Origin: Octopus sinensis
Lineage: Eukaryota
NCBI RefSeq assembly: GCF_006345805.1
Contig: NC_043001.1
Span: forward strand, 95,728,001 to 95,792,000
Length of the DNA stretch: 64,000 bases
Direction: 5' to 3'
Positions 1 through 13,866 of this stretch are shown here, one piece after another (position 1 is the first letter of the stretch; each line of letters begins with the position of its first letter). The notes below the pieces were generated by a model. The model had not been told where the DNA came from and ran no database searches. It saw only the letters and a program-made list of their open reading frames with translations. The translations under genes and the position numbers were made by a program.

Positions 1-470
<470 letters not shown>

Positions 471-1112
471 TATTGAATAGAGTACTATTTCTGAAATGTA
501 AATTCTGTGTGCCCTTTGGGAAGCAAATTGCGGGATTATTAATTAGTGAAATTTTAATTAGCCATTAATTCACCGTTAGTGTAAGCAAAATGGTGTCTTC
601 CAATAGTTAGATATGAATATTCACATCTTTGGTATAATTTAACCCGAAGAACGAAAACACGTATGCTGCTAACATCCATATATATGAAAATATTTGAAAA
701 CTGTGATTTCGAATCTGACGAAAATTCTCAAGACATGTGAGAGTGGTTCAAGGACGGGCAATGCGCTATTCTTATTCGATTAATACCTCTACAGAATTTG
801 ATCTAATGACATGATATTCATATATGATTATCGTCAAACATGAAGCTACTTTCACAGTTTGATTTTTTAAATATATTATTTAAAGAATACGAAATATCGT
901 TCTATATATATGCTTGAGAGTACCTACACAAAAGTGTACGTCTCTGACATCGGCGAAGCGTTATGTGTATAATGAAAACATAGTTTGGGTATACAGAGCA
1001 TCACGCACGTACATGTATACATACTTATGTACATATATACATACAGTCACACGCACATGCGCACGTGCATACACTAGATGTACACACGCACACACAAACA
1101 CACGTACGTTGT

Positions 1113-1308
1113 GGCACTCCGTCGGTTACGACGACAAGGGTTCCACTTGATACGATCAAGTGAACAGCCTGTTCGTGAACTTGTGTAATTTCAACGTGTA
1201 CTTTTAACTTAGTTCTCGGGGAAATTCAGCATAACACAAAGGCTGGCCCTTTGAGACAGGAAGGAAGAGTGAAAGTTGTGGTGAAGTAGTACTGCAGGGT
1301 TTGCCACC
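1113..1308 (-). mobile_element. SINE family C, 3' fragment
   Basis: gcactccgtcggttacgacga is the reverse complement of the 3' end of the full copy at 29128-29510 (tcgtcgtaaccgacggagtgc). The gaaagttgtggtgaa motif is also shared. Confidence 0.75.
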
Positions 1309-1362
1309 AAATATAGGGCGCACGTACACGTTGGTTTCTTATAATTAAGTATACACACACAC

Positions 1363-1420
<58 letters not shown>

Positions 1421-1682
1421 ATAAGAATAATAGAATCGTACCGCATTTATATATATATAATTCTTTCCTTCTTTCTATCAACTCTTTCACACTTCATTCC
1501 ACTCTTCGTTCTTTATTTATCCCCCTCACATACCCTGGCCTTCTCTTCATGCTCACTTCCTTCCTCTTTCACTTCACTGTGTCTCTTTCATTTTTTCTCG
1601 TTCCTCCTTAATTCTCCTATTCCTCTTCCTCTACCTCTCTCTCTTTTCTCCCCACGTGATCGGTGTTCGGCCAAGCGTGATC

Positions 1683-1806
1683 TTTATTTCTTGGTTCGAC
1701 TACCATCCGCGCAACATCTGTATTCCTGCCCGTGCCTGTCCAATTTTATGTACCTTCCGTAAGGCTTTGCCTCCACACGCGCCAGCATAGTCGAAAGACA
1801 CCCGTT
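1683..1806 (-). mobile_element. LINE 3' end, RTE-like
   Basis: Minus strand reads RLCWRVWRQSLTEGT* and then gatggtagtcgaaccaagaaa, the same terminus as the element ending at 5908. The RTE assignment rests on resemblance only. Confidence 0.45.
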
Positions 1807-2121
1807 GTTATGTCGTGTTAATTGCATTTGCATTTGTGTATCATTTCTCCGTTTTTTTCTTTCGTCCTTTTTTGTAAGCATTCGCTGCTTTATTCCGAGG
1901 AAGCTAATGCTCTTAGCTTAGCTTTTCCTTGGTGCTGGCCAGATTGGAACAATCTCGAGTATAACCAACCGAAATTGCAAAGATAATCTGAAACTCGACT
2001 GAGGATAGAAAACTCCGAATGACCCGTCCTTGTTTTCTTTGTATCGTCTGTCTAGATGTGTTCTGTTGTCCCTTTTTGTACCACCTGTCTGTCTGGATGT
2101 TTAGCGTTTTCGTCCCATATT

Positions 2122-2200
<79 letters not shown>

Positions 2201-2239
2201 ATATACATGTATGCACACACACATAGTTACACGTGAGCA

Positions 2240-2790
2240 TGTCCTAGTATTTTGGATGTTGTACTCACCGTTCCAATAATGGACTGGCCAGGGTGTTGTT
2301 TTCTTCAGCAAATTCATTTCAGGTTCCCCATAACCCAACGTGTGGCACGCTTGTGCACATGTACAGGCACATGCATCACTGGACCTACAGTCTGTTTGAC
2401 CTGTGTTCGCGTCTGCTCAACATCGTGGTCCTGTGTAGCCTTTTCGCTGGCGATCGAACAACCTCAGTTTTGGCTCCAAGAAGGCTTGCACAGAATTCAG
2501 GTCCAATATGCGACGAAGATTGGTGTTATATTTGATTGGCCTACTCCTATGGGCATATCTTAGTAAAAGCTAAATGGTGGTTCTCTTTCATTGGTCTCTG
2601 AGTACGCCGGTCACCAGCCTGGTGTTTCCGATGATTCGTTCTATAGCTAGATAGTCACTGGACCTAGACTTGTGTCATCCGCCCATTGTCCTTCCTTGTC
2701 TCTAGCGATCCTCCTCACCAAGTGAGCCTAGCGAGTGTGACTGTCTGGTGGCCGCTACCCGAGAATGAACGAGATTGTACTGGATTCAAT
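2240..2790. other. GC-balanced island, probably an unclassified interspersed repeat
   Basis: Visibly more GC- and CpG-rich than its flanks and bounded by microsatellites. No recognisable protein motif in the 103-aa and 80-aa ORFs. Confidence 0.3.
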
Positions 2791-3161
2791 GTTAAGTATA
2801 GATGTATGTGTGTGTTTGAGTATGTGTGTATTAGTGTTTGTGCATGTGTGTGAGTGTATAAAAATATGTAAGTATTTTTATAGATGTAGAATGAGTTATT
2901 GTTATTTGATTAAGTCTACTGAGTTTCCGCAAATAACATGATATTAAAAGGAGAAAAATGCGAGTGTAAATCAAACAAACAGGTAGAAAATGTGTATAGC
3001 ATATGATGATTTGATAGACATATTTGTATTTATTGGAAATCAGGGCTATATCTATTAGTCAATCACGTTAAAATATGTATTCTGTAAGTGCCTTACAATG
3101 AAGTCACAGATTATTTCATTGCTACTTTAAATTAATTTAGATTTTGCATGGCAGTTTTACC

Positions 3162-3390
3162 TATTTCTTTACTACCCACAATGGGATAAATACAGATTGG
3201 ACAAACACAGACAGACAAACGGATTAAGTCGATTGTATCGACCCAGTGCGTAACTGGTACTTATTTAATCGACTCCGAAAGGATGAAAGGCAAAGTCGAC
3301 CTCAGCAGAATTTGAACTCAGAACGTAGCGGCAGACGAAATACCGCTAGGCATTTCGCCCGGCGTGCTGACGTGTCTGTCAGCTCGCCTT
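3162..3390 (-). mobile_element. tRNA-derived SINE family A
   Basis: Matches the copies at 11492, 34751 and 43789 in reverse: head ggcgagctg...gttagcacgccgggcgaaatgc, B-box-like gagttcaaattc, tail gtagtaaagaaata. Confidence 0.9.
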
Positions 3391-3541
3391 AATGCTCGAT
3401 TAATTAATACTCCCGCAAGGCGTACTCTATATGTGCACGAACTGCAAGATAATGCACTTAAAAGATGTTCAAACTTTATACTACTTATTTTTTAAGCAAT
3501 AATAGCACATGGGAAATTAATAACAGATATAGTAGGCCAAA

Positions 3542-3793
3542 GGAGGCGCTTGGCTTAATGTTTAGGGTCTCAGCATCATGATCGTGAGATTGTGGCTTCG
3601 ATTCCTGGACCGGGCGACACGTTGTGTTCTTGAGCAAAACACTTCATTTCACGTTGCTCCAGTCCACTCAACTGGCAAAAATGAGTAACGCTGCGATGGA
3701 GTCGCGTCCCGTCCAGCTGGGGAACATATACGCCATTGAAACCGGGAAACCGGGCCCATGAGCCTGGCTAGGCTTTAAAAGGGCGCATTTATT
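3542..3793 (+). mobile_element. tRNA-derived SINE family D
   Basis: tRNA-like head (ggcttaatgtttagg...ggcttcgattcc), central ttgagcaaaacacttcatttcacgttgctccagtccactc, and a tail shared with 5358-5420. Confidence 0.75.
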
Positions 3794-4804
3794 ATTTGAT
3801 AGTAGGCCAAAAACGCAGCAGCGTGGCATGTACAACGCTGAGTGAATGGAAAATTCACTACGCAGACATATTTCTGGTATGATTGAATATTTCCATGAAG
3901 CATCACTGACTACAATCTTACATCTTACTGGTTATGAAACACCTCTAAACGTCTATTCCTTACAACGAACATGAAACGCTCACAAATTTCAATGAAGGAA
4001 AATTTTAACATATACATGGAGAAATCTCTACACAGAAAATAACACTGATTATATTATCAATGAAAGCCTAAAAGACGGTTATCACATTTCCGAACATCAC
4101 ATGTCTTTAAGAAATAAAAATATATATTCAGGATTTATATTTTTTAAATATATACGCATAAAATAAGCTTTGTGCACAAACCACAAACTTATAATAGCAC
4201 TGCAATACAGAAGTCACGGCATTAATAAAAACCTTTATAAAACTATAAATGAGAAACGAACGTTTATGCCATTCATGTAGAAATAAGAAAAGAAACATTC
4301 TTTCTTTTAGAAAGGTGAGAGATATTCTATTCGAAACTATGAGCATGTCAGACTAGACTGACACTTTGTACAAGAAATATGCATAAAGAAAATTATTTAT
4401 ATGTACAGAGTAAAATGCTTTAAAAATATATAGATGTCACAAATGTCTTTCAGAAACTATTGTCGAAAGATAATGTAGTAGAAATGTATGCTTAAGAAAT
4501 ATCAACGACATACACGCAGCTTACCATTATATTGTAATATTAAACCAACATATGCTCAAACACAGTCTTGTGAACAATCTTAAACACACATATTCATACG
4601 CCTGTATACACACACATGTCCGCATATTTGCACACATATGCGTCTGTAAGTACACACCCACATATTTATTATTTATGTATAGTGTTTGTTTAATATTACA
4701 ACATAACACGAGTTGCATGTTGGTGTGTTCATTTATATTTCCTAAGCATACATTCCTAATAAATTATCTTTCGTCAATATGTATATCGTGTGTGTATGCG
4801 TATG

Positions 4805-4873
<69 letters not shown>

Positions 4874-5357
4874 ATATATGTAAATATATGTATGTATATA
4901 TATATATATATATACAAACACACACACGCACACCCACGCACACACACACACACACACGCACACACACCTATATATGAATATAAATATATCCAGATATAAA
5001 GGAGTGGTAGATATATTCCTTCCCTTCTGTCCAGTTTTTTTTGCATTAACACGGAAAATATTTCTATCGTCGTATTTTATGGGATTTTTTCCTTGTAGCT
5101 CTATTTTTATTTTCTTTACAAATTCCGCCCCTCATTTGAATAACTCTTTCCTGTTTTCAAGCGTATAAAGAAGGAGTAGGAAAATAGAAGAAAAATTAAT
5201 ATTTTTGATAACTGCGAGTCTTCATATTCAATGAAGTTTCTACAGTTGCTGAGACTAATCCTGACATTCATACTGCCTACGTAGAAGGCGTTATGACTGA
5301 AATAATATACAAAACTGGCTTTCGTTTTTCAACCAGAAATTGTTGCTGTTTGTTGCT

Positions 5358-5634
5358 TCTTGAGCCATGCCCGGCTCATAACGGCCCGTTTCCCTGTTTC
5401 ATTGGCGTATAGGTTCCCCACCTGGATGGGACTCCGGTTCGTCGCAGGTCAGGTCAGCTGTTAGATGCAAGAGGAAAGAGTTAGAGAAAGCTGTGGCGAA
5501 TGAGTCAGCAGAAGTTCACCATTACCTAGAGCATAGGTGTTTCGCTCATAAACACATACATTACTCTGTCTGAGATTTGAACTCGCGATCCTTTGACCGC
5601 AATTCCGCTGTTCTAATCACTAGGTTATGTGTCT
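5358..5634 (-). mobile_element. SINE with family-D-like tail
   Basis: gccatgcccggctcataacggcccgtttccctgtttcattggcgtata is the reverse complement of the 3730-3780 tail. B-box-like gagttcaaatc on the minus strand. Confidence 0.65.
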
Positions 5635-5907
5635 GACCAATGTTTCCCAGATGCGTAGGATTTTCTGAAGGAACTCAGTGATGAAGATCTACCCAAATGC
5701 ACCAAGGAATTGGCTTAACACATTTGATGTCCCCACGATAACGTTGCTGGTTGAATTCACTCGAGAGACAATCCAGTTAAAACAATATGGCACACTAATT
5801 CAACACTTCAACACATGACGCTAACTTGACAAAAGAATTATATTATACTCAAAAGTGTTGTTAGAAGTTTCAACTGTTTCAATCATAATCTGCAGATATA
5901 CCTCCTT

Positions 5908-6610
5908 TCTTTCTTGGTTCGACTACCATCCGTGCAACATCTCTATTCCTCCCTGTACTGATTTCAAAAGTTGAACCAGGAAGAATTCTTTTACCTAGGA
6001 GACCCTCGCGATGGTGGACCGTACCCTGTGAAATGAGACTGGGTGGGGCCTCTGGTGAGTTGCTTCGGGAAATCTCATCCCATCTAGATCTTCCTAGAGG
6101 ATGACGCTGCCTGTGAATTCATATAGGTTTCGGTTCCGCCTATTATATGTGTCACAGGGCGCTGCTCCATGTGGTCCCGCAGTTTCCATCTAACTAGGAA
6201 TATTAGGTTCTCATCCATTGTCTTGTATTCAAGATCCTCTGCATGACATCCTGCTAGTTCAATCCAGCAATCTGATCTGCTAGATCCTGCCGATAACTAA
6301 ATTCATGCCCTGCTGCTGACTTTTAGAATTATTGTCGTTAAGGTTTTGTCTGTCTCCTACACTTCGACCTGTCTGGCCCGGTAAGACCTGGCTGAAGATT
6401 TCTCTCCCTCCGGCATATCTCTCCGGGTCAATGGAGCACACAGGCACTTCACAGAGACAAGGTAATTGTTGAATTGGTCGTTAGCTACACAGTAGTTCTT
6501 CCACCGTTTAACGGGACATGAGATGTAGAATAATGAGGTCCGACAAGGCAAAGCGAGTGCGAGAAACTTCTGGTGGGTCCGAAAGTTTGCTTGAAACGTC
6601 CGACTCATTT
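5908..6610 (-). mobile_element. Retroposon with LINE-like 3' tail and no intact ORF
   Basis: GC-richer block whose minus-strand end (gatgttgcacggatggtagtcgaaccaagaaagaaag) is shared with 1683-1725. Confidence 0.45.
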
Positions 6611-7663
6611 ACTGAATACAAAGAAATCACTATGCTCTGCGGAGTGAAGCCTCAAACAAGGTGATATGGTGTTTTAGAGTCTGATGGTGCACTTCTGGTG
6701 GAGCCCAAAACTGATAGTTCGCAGGGCATCGTACAACGCCAACAATAAAATAAAATAATACAATTCTTCTTCCCTGCGGCGAATAATCAAACAATATGAA
6801 ATGTTATATTATTATACCTTTTCTGTTTCAGTAGAGTGCGATTGTTGCACAACGCTTCTTCAAAGTCGAATTAAGGCTACTCGTTAACACCAACATCATT
6901 ATTGCAACTTATATTCAATATGTAATCTACAGAATAGAACAGAAATTCTTGAGGATGGTAATCTATACATTCAAACACTGTATTTAGAATTAATAAAAAA
7001 AGTTAATGAAGAAATATATATCAAACTGACATTCATATGTTTGCTTGAATACATTTCCTAATTTACCCACAAATTTTTGATATCTATCGCTTTGAGTTCA
7101 ACACTTTTTTATTTTTTACTTTCCACTGGCTTCGACTAAAACTAAAGTATTGTCTTCTGTTTTATGTTACAGCGGATTCTCATCTGTTAATAGATCTATT
7201 GAAAAAGGCACTTCATTTTAATTTAATTCTATCTGTTTTAAATTTATTTATTTCTACACCAGTAATTCTAATAACATACTTGTTCTTAATTAGATTTTCA
7301 GAATCATTGTCAGTTAAAAGTTAGGAAAATTATTATCAAAGTTTATTTTCCGCTGCAACAATGGTTGATGGGTTTCGTTATTTGTTTCCACAAATTCCGT
7401 TGCACTAATACATCGAAACATTATTATTTAATATACGTTCTATGATTTTAGGCTTTCGTTTATTCATTTTTCTTTCTTTGTTATTTTATTCGTACACATA
7501 TATAAACGACAGTATTATTCATTAGTTTAAGATAAATGATTCATTTAATTAATTGTACATATTTCAGAATTTTTATATAACTATGATTCAAATGTGTTTT
7601 ATATATTCAGTTACCCATTTGTATGTCTGAATATTGAAATTTATCTATGTGTTTACTATACCC

Positions 7664-8038
7664 ATTTCCTTACTACCTACAAGGGGCTAAACACAGAGAG
7701 GACCAGCAAGGACAGACAAACGGATTAAGTCGATTACATCGACCCCAGTACGTAACTGGTACTTATTTAATCCAATTTAAACTCAGAACGTAGCAACATA
7801 CGAAATACCTATTTCTTTACTGCCCACAAGGAGCTAAACACAAGGGGACAAACAAGGACAGAGAAAGGGATTAAGTCAATTATATCTATCCCAGTGCGTA
7901 ACTGGTACTTATTTAATCGACCCCGAAATGATGAAAGGCAAGGTCCATCTCAGCGGAATTTGAACTCACAACGTAACGGCAGACGAAATACCGCTAAGTA
8001 TTTCGCTCGGCGTGCTAACGTCTCTGCCAGCTCGCCGC
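7664..8038 (-). mobile_element. SINE family A head-to-tail dimer
   Basis: Full copy at 7810-8038 plus a head-less, internally deleted copy at 7664-7807. Junction is gaaatacctatttc. Confidence 0.9.
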
Positions 8039-9034
8039 TTTGTGTTTACTGTACAACCAACTAACCAATTAATATTCAGTCAAGCTAGTGAAAGTGCATC
8101 GGCGTAGCAATTTGGCTACCTAGAATTAGTGCCCACATTTCCTTCAAATTATGGCCTGTATCTCTAAAAGTGTAGAAACCAGGATAACTGAATGGACATA
8201 GAAATTTAGCCTTTGCTATATCAAAAGTTACCGAAGGCATCCATTAACAATCATAACTACATAAATATCGTTTTCATTTCCGCGAAATATTTTATACATG
8301 TTCCACTATTGTGCTTTGCCATGGACAATGATTCTGATGGCCTTACGTGCAGAACAATCGTTTCCAAATAGCTATAACAAATAATTATGTCATACCATGT
8401 ATTTCTATCAGTTATACGATAGGCAGGATTTTCACTCAACAGAAGGGCGTAACGAGCACAAAAATATATTTACTCATAAAACGCATATTTCAAGGATAGA
8501 AAGGATGTCAGTAAATAGCAATTACTTTTCTACATCCCTAAACGTGTGGAAATAATTGTGCAAAAGACTGTTTTAATCAAACTCATGATTAAAGCAAAAT
8601 ACATCATCAGCATATTTTTGAAAAAAAAAACATTATGCAAAATTCACATTTCTATATTGTACAAAAAATATTCCAGAAATATGCACCAATAATGGCATGC
8701 AGAGCATTGAAGACCAATCGCTAAAATAATGCAGCACAATTTTCCATCAGTTCTTAAAACCTATGTGTGTTCGTGTGTGTATATGTATGTGTACACATAT
8801 ATAGAGGTTTGGGCAAAAGTCACCTGTCGGTAAACCAAAACCGCTTTGATCCAAGAGTAATTTATATTTAACAAATCAATGTATTTAATAAAAGCACCTA
8901 AATATGAAACGTCACAAAATTTGTTCAAACCGACGTCCTTATTTGGGCAACACATTTTTCTTTCGAGTCAATACTGAACAACATATAGTATTTATAGGTT
9001 TCTTGTCAGGTGACATATGTGTGTGTGTGTGTTA

Positions 9035-9394
9035 TATATTAACAGTTCCCCTTCACCATATACGCGGTAATCACATTAAGTTAAAATGTTGTCGATGTGA
9101 TTTGGTTCTCTTATTTTCCCTGACGAGATGAATGCATTGTTTTTCATAATTTTATTCCCTCCGGAATAAAATCAATGTGTTCTTCGAAACATGTCGGAAG
9201 TATAAATATTTGAATAACACTCCCGTTTGAGTCCACTTCTTAATTTATCTGTTATTCACAAACATTTCACTTAACCTTGAAATTTCTACCTTTATAACTA
9301 GGGGGTAATATCCTTGGAACTTATGTGAAATTTTGCTACCTTGGTAACTAATTATTTATTTTTTCCGCGTCATTTTTATACATTTAAAAATATA

Positions 9395-9400
<6 letters not shown>
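9035..9400 (+). mobile_element. Putative PLE pseudo-LTR remnant carrying an HHR
   Basis: Contains an intact HHR and is bounded by short TA runs, like the other PLE remnants here. Boundaries are approximate. Confidence 0.5.
9116..9199 (+). ncRNA. Type I hammerhead ribozyme, intact core
   Basis: Stem I ttcc/ggaa, CTGACGA core (9120-9126), long stem II including a perfect 10-bp hairpin attttattcc-ctcc-ggaataaaat, GAAA (9186-9189), palindromic stem III ACATGT, and a GUC cleavage triplet (C9195). Confidence 0.85.
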
Positions 9401-9437
<37 letters not shown>

Positions 9438-9438
9438 A

Positions 9439-10692
9439 CAGGCGTTGGACAAAATAATGGAAACACCTAGTATCATAGCATCATAATTTTGTAATATCTA
9501 TAAAACCGTCAAAAGCTTGTTTATTTTTCTGACTTTTGATTTATTATTAGTGTTCCTTAATATGCTTTGCTAAAATTGCAGTTCCTTTTCAGGTAACATC
9601 AGCAAAGGTCATTATAATTCATAAAAAATGACGGATGTATCGGAATTTCGAAGACGTCAAATTGTTAGTGCTCCTATGTCAGGCGCTAGCGTAGCGAAAA
9701 CACCCGAAATCTTTGGTGTATCACAAAGTACTCTCTTGGAGGTAATGGCAGCATTTGAGAAAGAGAGAAAAAAACCTCCTCTTCAAAATAAAACTTAGGA
9801 AGAAAACAATGTTTTCAAATAGAGACCATCGGACTCTTACACGAATTACAAGAAAGGATCACAAATGTACAGCTTCCAAAATTACTGCAGAGCTTAATGA
9901 CCACCTGAAGAAAACCGTGTCCACAAAAACCGTTTTCCGGGAGATGCACAAAGCTGGATACCCGGGAGGGCTGCAATCAGAAAACCACTACTTTCAAAAA
10001 CAAATGTTGCAAAGCGTTTAGAGAGGAGTAAAAACCTACATAATTAATACCTAGAGTAGTGGAAGAATGTTATTTTCTCGGACGCGTTATCTCTTATCTT
10101 ACTTCCGACCATCGGTCGAGTAAGCATTTGACACAGATTATCTTCTTTCAACTGTTAATCATGGAGGAGGATCTGTGATGATGTGGTATGGGCTGTGTCT
10201 TGGAAAACCGCCGAACCAATGTTTTCCCTTCATAGCAGAATTAATAGTCAACACTATTTAATCATTTTATCTGATCAAATTCCTCCTATGGTTGTGGAAC
10301 TGTTACCGGAGGAAAACGCAATCTTTCAGGATGATAATGCACCGCTTTACACTGCTAAAGGTTTTAACTGAATGGCACGAAAAACATTCCAGTGAAGTTG
10401 AACATCTTATCTGGTCACCACAGTTCCCATATATCAACATATTATTCAACATTTGTAGTGCAGTTTATAAAAACACGTAAGGCATCGATATCCGCCACCA
10501 TCATCACTATAAGAATTGGAGACTGTTTTAACTAAAGCATGGACAAATATTCTTTTGAAACACTTCACACTTTGTACGAGGCCAACCCTCATAGGATTGA
10601 AGCTGTAATTAATACCAAAGGCGGCCTTACCTCCTATTAAAATAAATTTGCTTGAAATCTTAAGGTTTTTCCATTATTTTGCCCAACCCCTA
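9439..10692 (+). mobile_element. Tc1-family DNA transposon, full-length and decayed (~1.25 kb)
   Basis: TIRs caggcgttggacaaaataatggaaacacc and ggtttttccattattttgcccaaccccta, with TA flanks. Confidence 0.92.
9628..10640 (+). pseudogene. Tc1 transposase with frameshifts and stops
   Basis: N-terminal HTH region (MTDVSEFRRRQIV..., RDHRTLTRITRKDHKCTASKITAELN), HGGGSVM-type motif, IFQDDNAP, and a WSPQFP variant of WPxQSPDLN, split across frames. Confidence 0.9.
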
Positions 10693-11491
10693 TATATCTA
10701 TATTATGCGTATGTATGTCTGTATGTATGTATGTATGTATGTATGTATGTATGTATGTATCTGGATATTAGGTAGAAAGTTCACCTGTGATGGAGTTTGT
10801 AAATATCAGACAGAGGTAGTAACTGTTTCATCACCAGCAAATAAGTTGTATTTCTTCGCTGAAGCTCTAAGGTGACAAGAAATTCTAGTGTAATGATTAC
10901 GAAATCTTCTTCAGAAGTTGAGAGGAAAATTGTTGAAGAAATTTGCATTCAGAATGAAATACAATTTGTTTGCTTTCAACATACGAATAAATAATAACTT
11001 CACAATTAACTTTGTATAGATTCTACGTGTGTGTGTGTTTGTTCCTACGTGTTATGTGCCTGTATGCGTATATTTGTCTGTGACTGTGTAAGGCAGATTC
11101 CTGTGTTGTGACATTTACAAATACCATTAAACAACACTTGAATTTACAAAAAAAACAGAATTGTAACAAATTATTGTAGGAAGTATGTGTGCACATGGTA
11201 TACTTGCATTAAGCCTAAATCAAACTGGACATTGAGAGAAAATGTTTCCATGGTTACGATTTAAAATGACAGAAGCCATTTATTACATTAAAGCGTAGTT
11301 TCAATTCAAATCATATTTGAGTTTTATTTCATTTACAGAGACGTGATTCTTTGTGTTATATTTAAAAAGAAATATCCCTGAAACCTGTAAAAATATTTCA
11401 ACTCTAAATATAACATGATTTCATATGATAAAAGTATATGATTTCGCGCAGTATATTATTTATATATTATTAATAGTATATTATTAATAAA

Positions 11492-11717
11492 AGGCGGCGA
11501 GCTAGCAGAAACGTTAGCACGCCGGGCGAAATCCGTATTTCGCCTATCCTTACGTTCTGAGTTCAAATTCCGCCGAGGTCGACCTTGCCTTTCATCCTTT
11601 CGGGGTTGATAAATTAAGTACCAGTTATGCACTGGGGTTGATGTAATCAACTTAATCCGTTCGTTTGTCCTTGTTTGTCCCCGCTGTGTTTAGCCCCTTG
11701 TGGATAGTAAAGAAATA
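11492..11717 (+). mobile_element. SINE family A
   Basis: Full head-to-tail match to the other family A copies. Confidence 0.92.
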
Positions 11718-13210
11718 TATATTATATATTATGCTAACTAACATCACAAAAGATTTTGAAATTCGCAATAAATTTATAATAGAGAAAACTGCCAAATTCA
11801 GATTTTCAATTGCTGAAAGCACATTTTCAAATTGGAACGCAGAATGTCTTTAGTGTTTTGTGGATTTTACCTGAACGCTTCTATTTCGAACTTACCAAAC
11901 TTTATTTAGGAAAACGTCTGACTAAATGCTTTGATACATTTGGCTGTGATAGGGTTCGCTTCTGCTTCCAATTTATAATTAGGCTCCTATTTAAATGCAG
12001 AATTTGTTTACACCCTTTATTTCACTTCATTTGATATACTATTCTCACGCATGTGCGAGAGATACAGGTATGTAACATGTTTCTGTCAATCTTATGATAC
12101 ACTTATGAATGTAAAAGCACCATATACACTTAGGCACGCATATACACTTTTACCATATGAGATCACGTATATAACTACATACGTAACTGTGTTTATAAGA
12201 ATGTGAAGATGAGTGTATGATGCTGTGGGTGCGTGTGGATGCTGGCACATATTCTCACAAATAATCACACGCATATAATTTATAATCCTATGAAATCTAG
12301 ATTCATCATGAAAGAGATATTAGGGTAAAATTTGCCAGAGATAACAGGGAGAGTGAGGAAGAAAGATATAATTGTGATAGATTATTGAGAAATTTTTAAA
12401 AACGTTTCTTCTTCGAATTTGATGTTTTGTAATTCTTTGGAAGAGTCGGCCTGAATTACGTTTTTTATAGTTACTCACAGGCACACACGGACACACGCGC
12501 GCACATGAAAAGAAAGGCACAAACTCTCTCGCGCATATACGCACGCTGCAGGCACAAACACACACATAGATACGCACATGAAGAGAAAGACACAAAAACT
12601 CGCGCGTACACATACACATGCATGGATACACACACACACACACACAAACATACACACAAACAAAGGCACATACGCACACTTACTCACATAAACACACATA
12701 TATCTGAATTTGAAAGCTAAAGTTTCTTTATTGCACTTTTCAAAATTTTTGAAGACCTGTCAGAGAGAACTCCCACAAAAAACTCCATGGTTTTGAAGTT
12801 ACTTCAAACATTTTATAGAATTCTAGGCAAAGAAGGTATTCTTGAAGTTAGAATTTTCACTATATATTTTATCATTTCCATTGCAGATCAATTGCGATAA
12901 ATATTTCGCAAATCAATATATATGTTACTTACAATTTCAAAACTTCCTTACATTTTCTCGACATCAGAGTTTAATGACGAAAACTAAATGCGACTTTCTT
13001 TAAGAAATTCGGTTAAAGATAGTTCTAACGAAAAGGTTTTTTATTATGATGCCAATATTGCTGTTACATATAGAAATAAATACTGACATCACAGTGAGAT
13101 GATTTACGTGTTGTTCACATTGGGAATATATGGTTCAAGATACGATCCCACACTGTGGCCCAGGATTTGTTCCATTATGTTGAACTAAATAATGTTATTT
13201 CAAATAATAT

Positions 13211-13387
13211 AAGCGTAGTAGTGGCTGTGTGGTAAGTAGCTTGCTTACCAACCACATGACTCTGGGTTCAGTCCCACCGCCTTGCATCTTGGGCAAGTGT
13301 CTTCTACTATAACCTCGGGTCGACCAAGGCCTCGTGAGTGGATTTGGTAGATGGAAACTGAAAGAACGGCGTCGTATATATGCATAC

Positions 13388-13469
<82 letters not shown>

Positions 13470-13687
13470 ATGTGTGTGTGCGCGTATGTATTTGTCCTCC
13501 CACCATTACTTGGCAACCGATGCTGGTGTGTTTACGTCCCCGTAACTTAGCGGTTCGGCAAAAGAAACCGATAGAATAAGTACTAGGCTTACAAAGAATA
13601 CGTCCTGGGGTCGATGTGCTTGGACTAAAGGCGGTGCTCCAGCAGCGCAACTCTCGAATGACTGAAATAAGTAAAAGAGTAAAAGCG
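13211..13687 (+). mobile_element. tRNA-derived SINE family B with internal (TA)n/(TG)n
   Basis: Head gtggctgtgtggtaagtagcttgc...gggttcagtccc, CORE-like ttgggcaagtgtcttctactata, tail ...gactgaaataagtaaaagagtaaaag. Same family as 35076, 50183, 54694, 60790 and 62031. Confidence 0.9.
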
Positions 13688-13866
13688 TAATTATGATAAC
13701 CAACAATGGGAAAAGCCGTTGCATATGTAGAGAAATGATTATATATAACATGTGCATATATGCCGCTGTAGGAACGCATATTTTGATGTCATCCGCATTA
13801 ATAGGTATGCATATAGTAATGTTATATACGGTACTAGATATGCATATGCTGATGTCATATATATTA

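Noticed and set aside
8802-8830. tagaggtttgggcaaaagtcacc resembling a Tc1-type TIR
   Set aside because: No partner inverted repeat was found nearby, so an element cannot be delimited.
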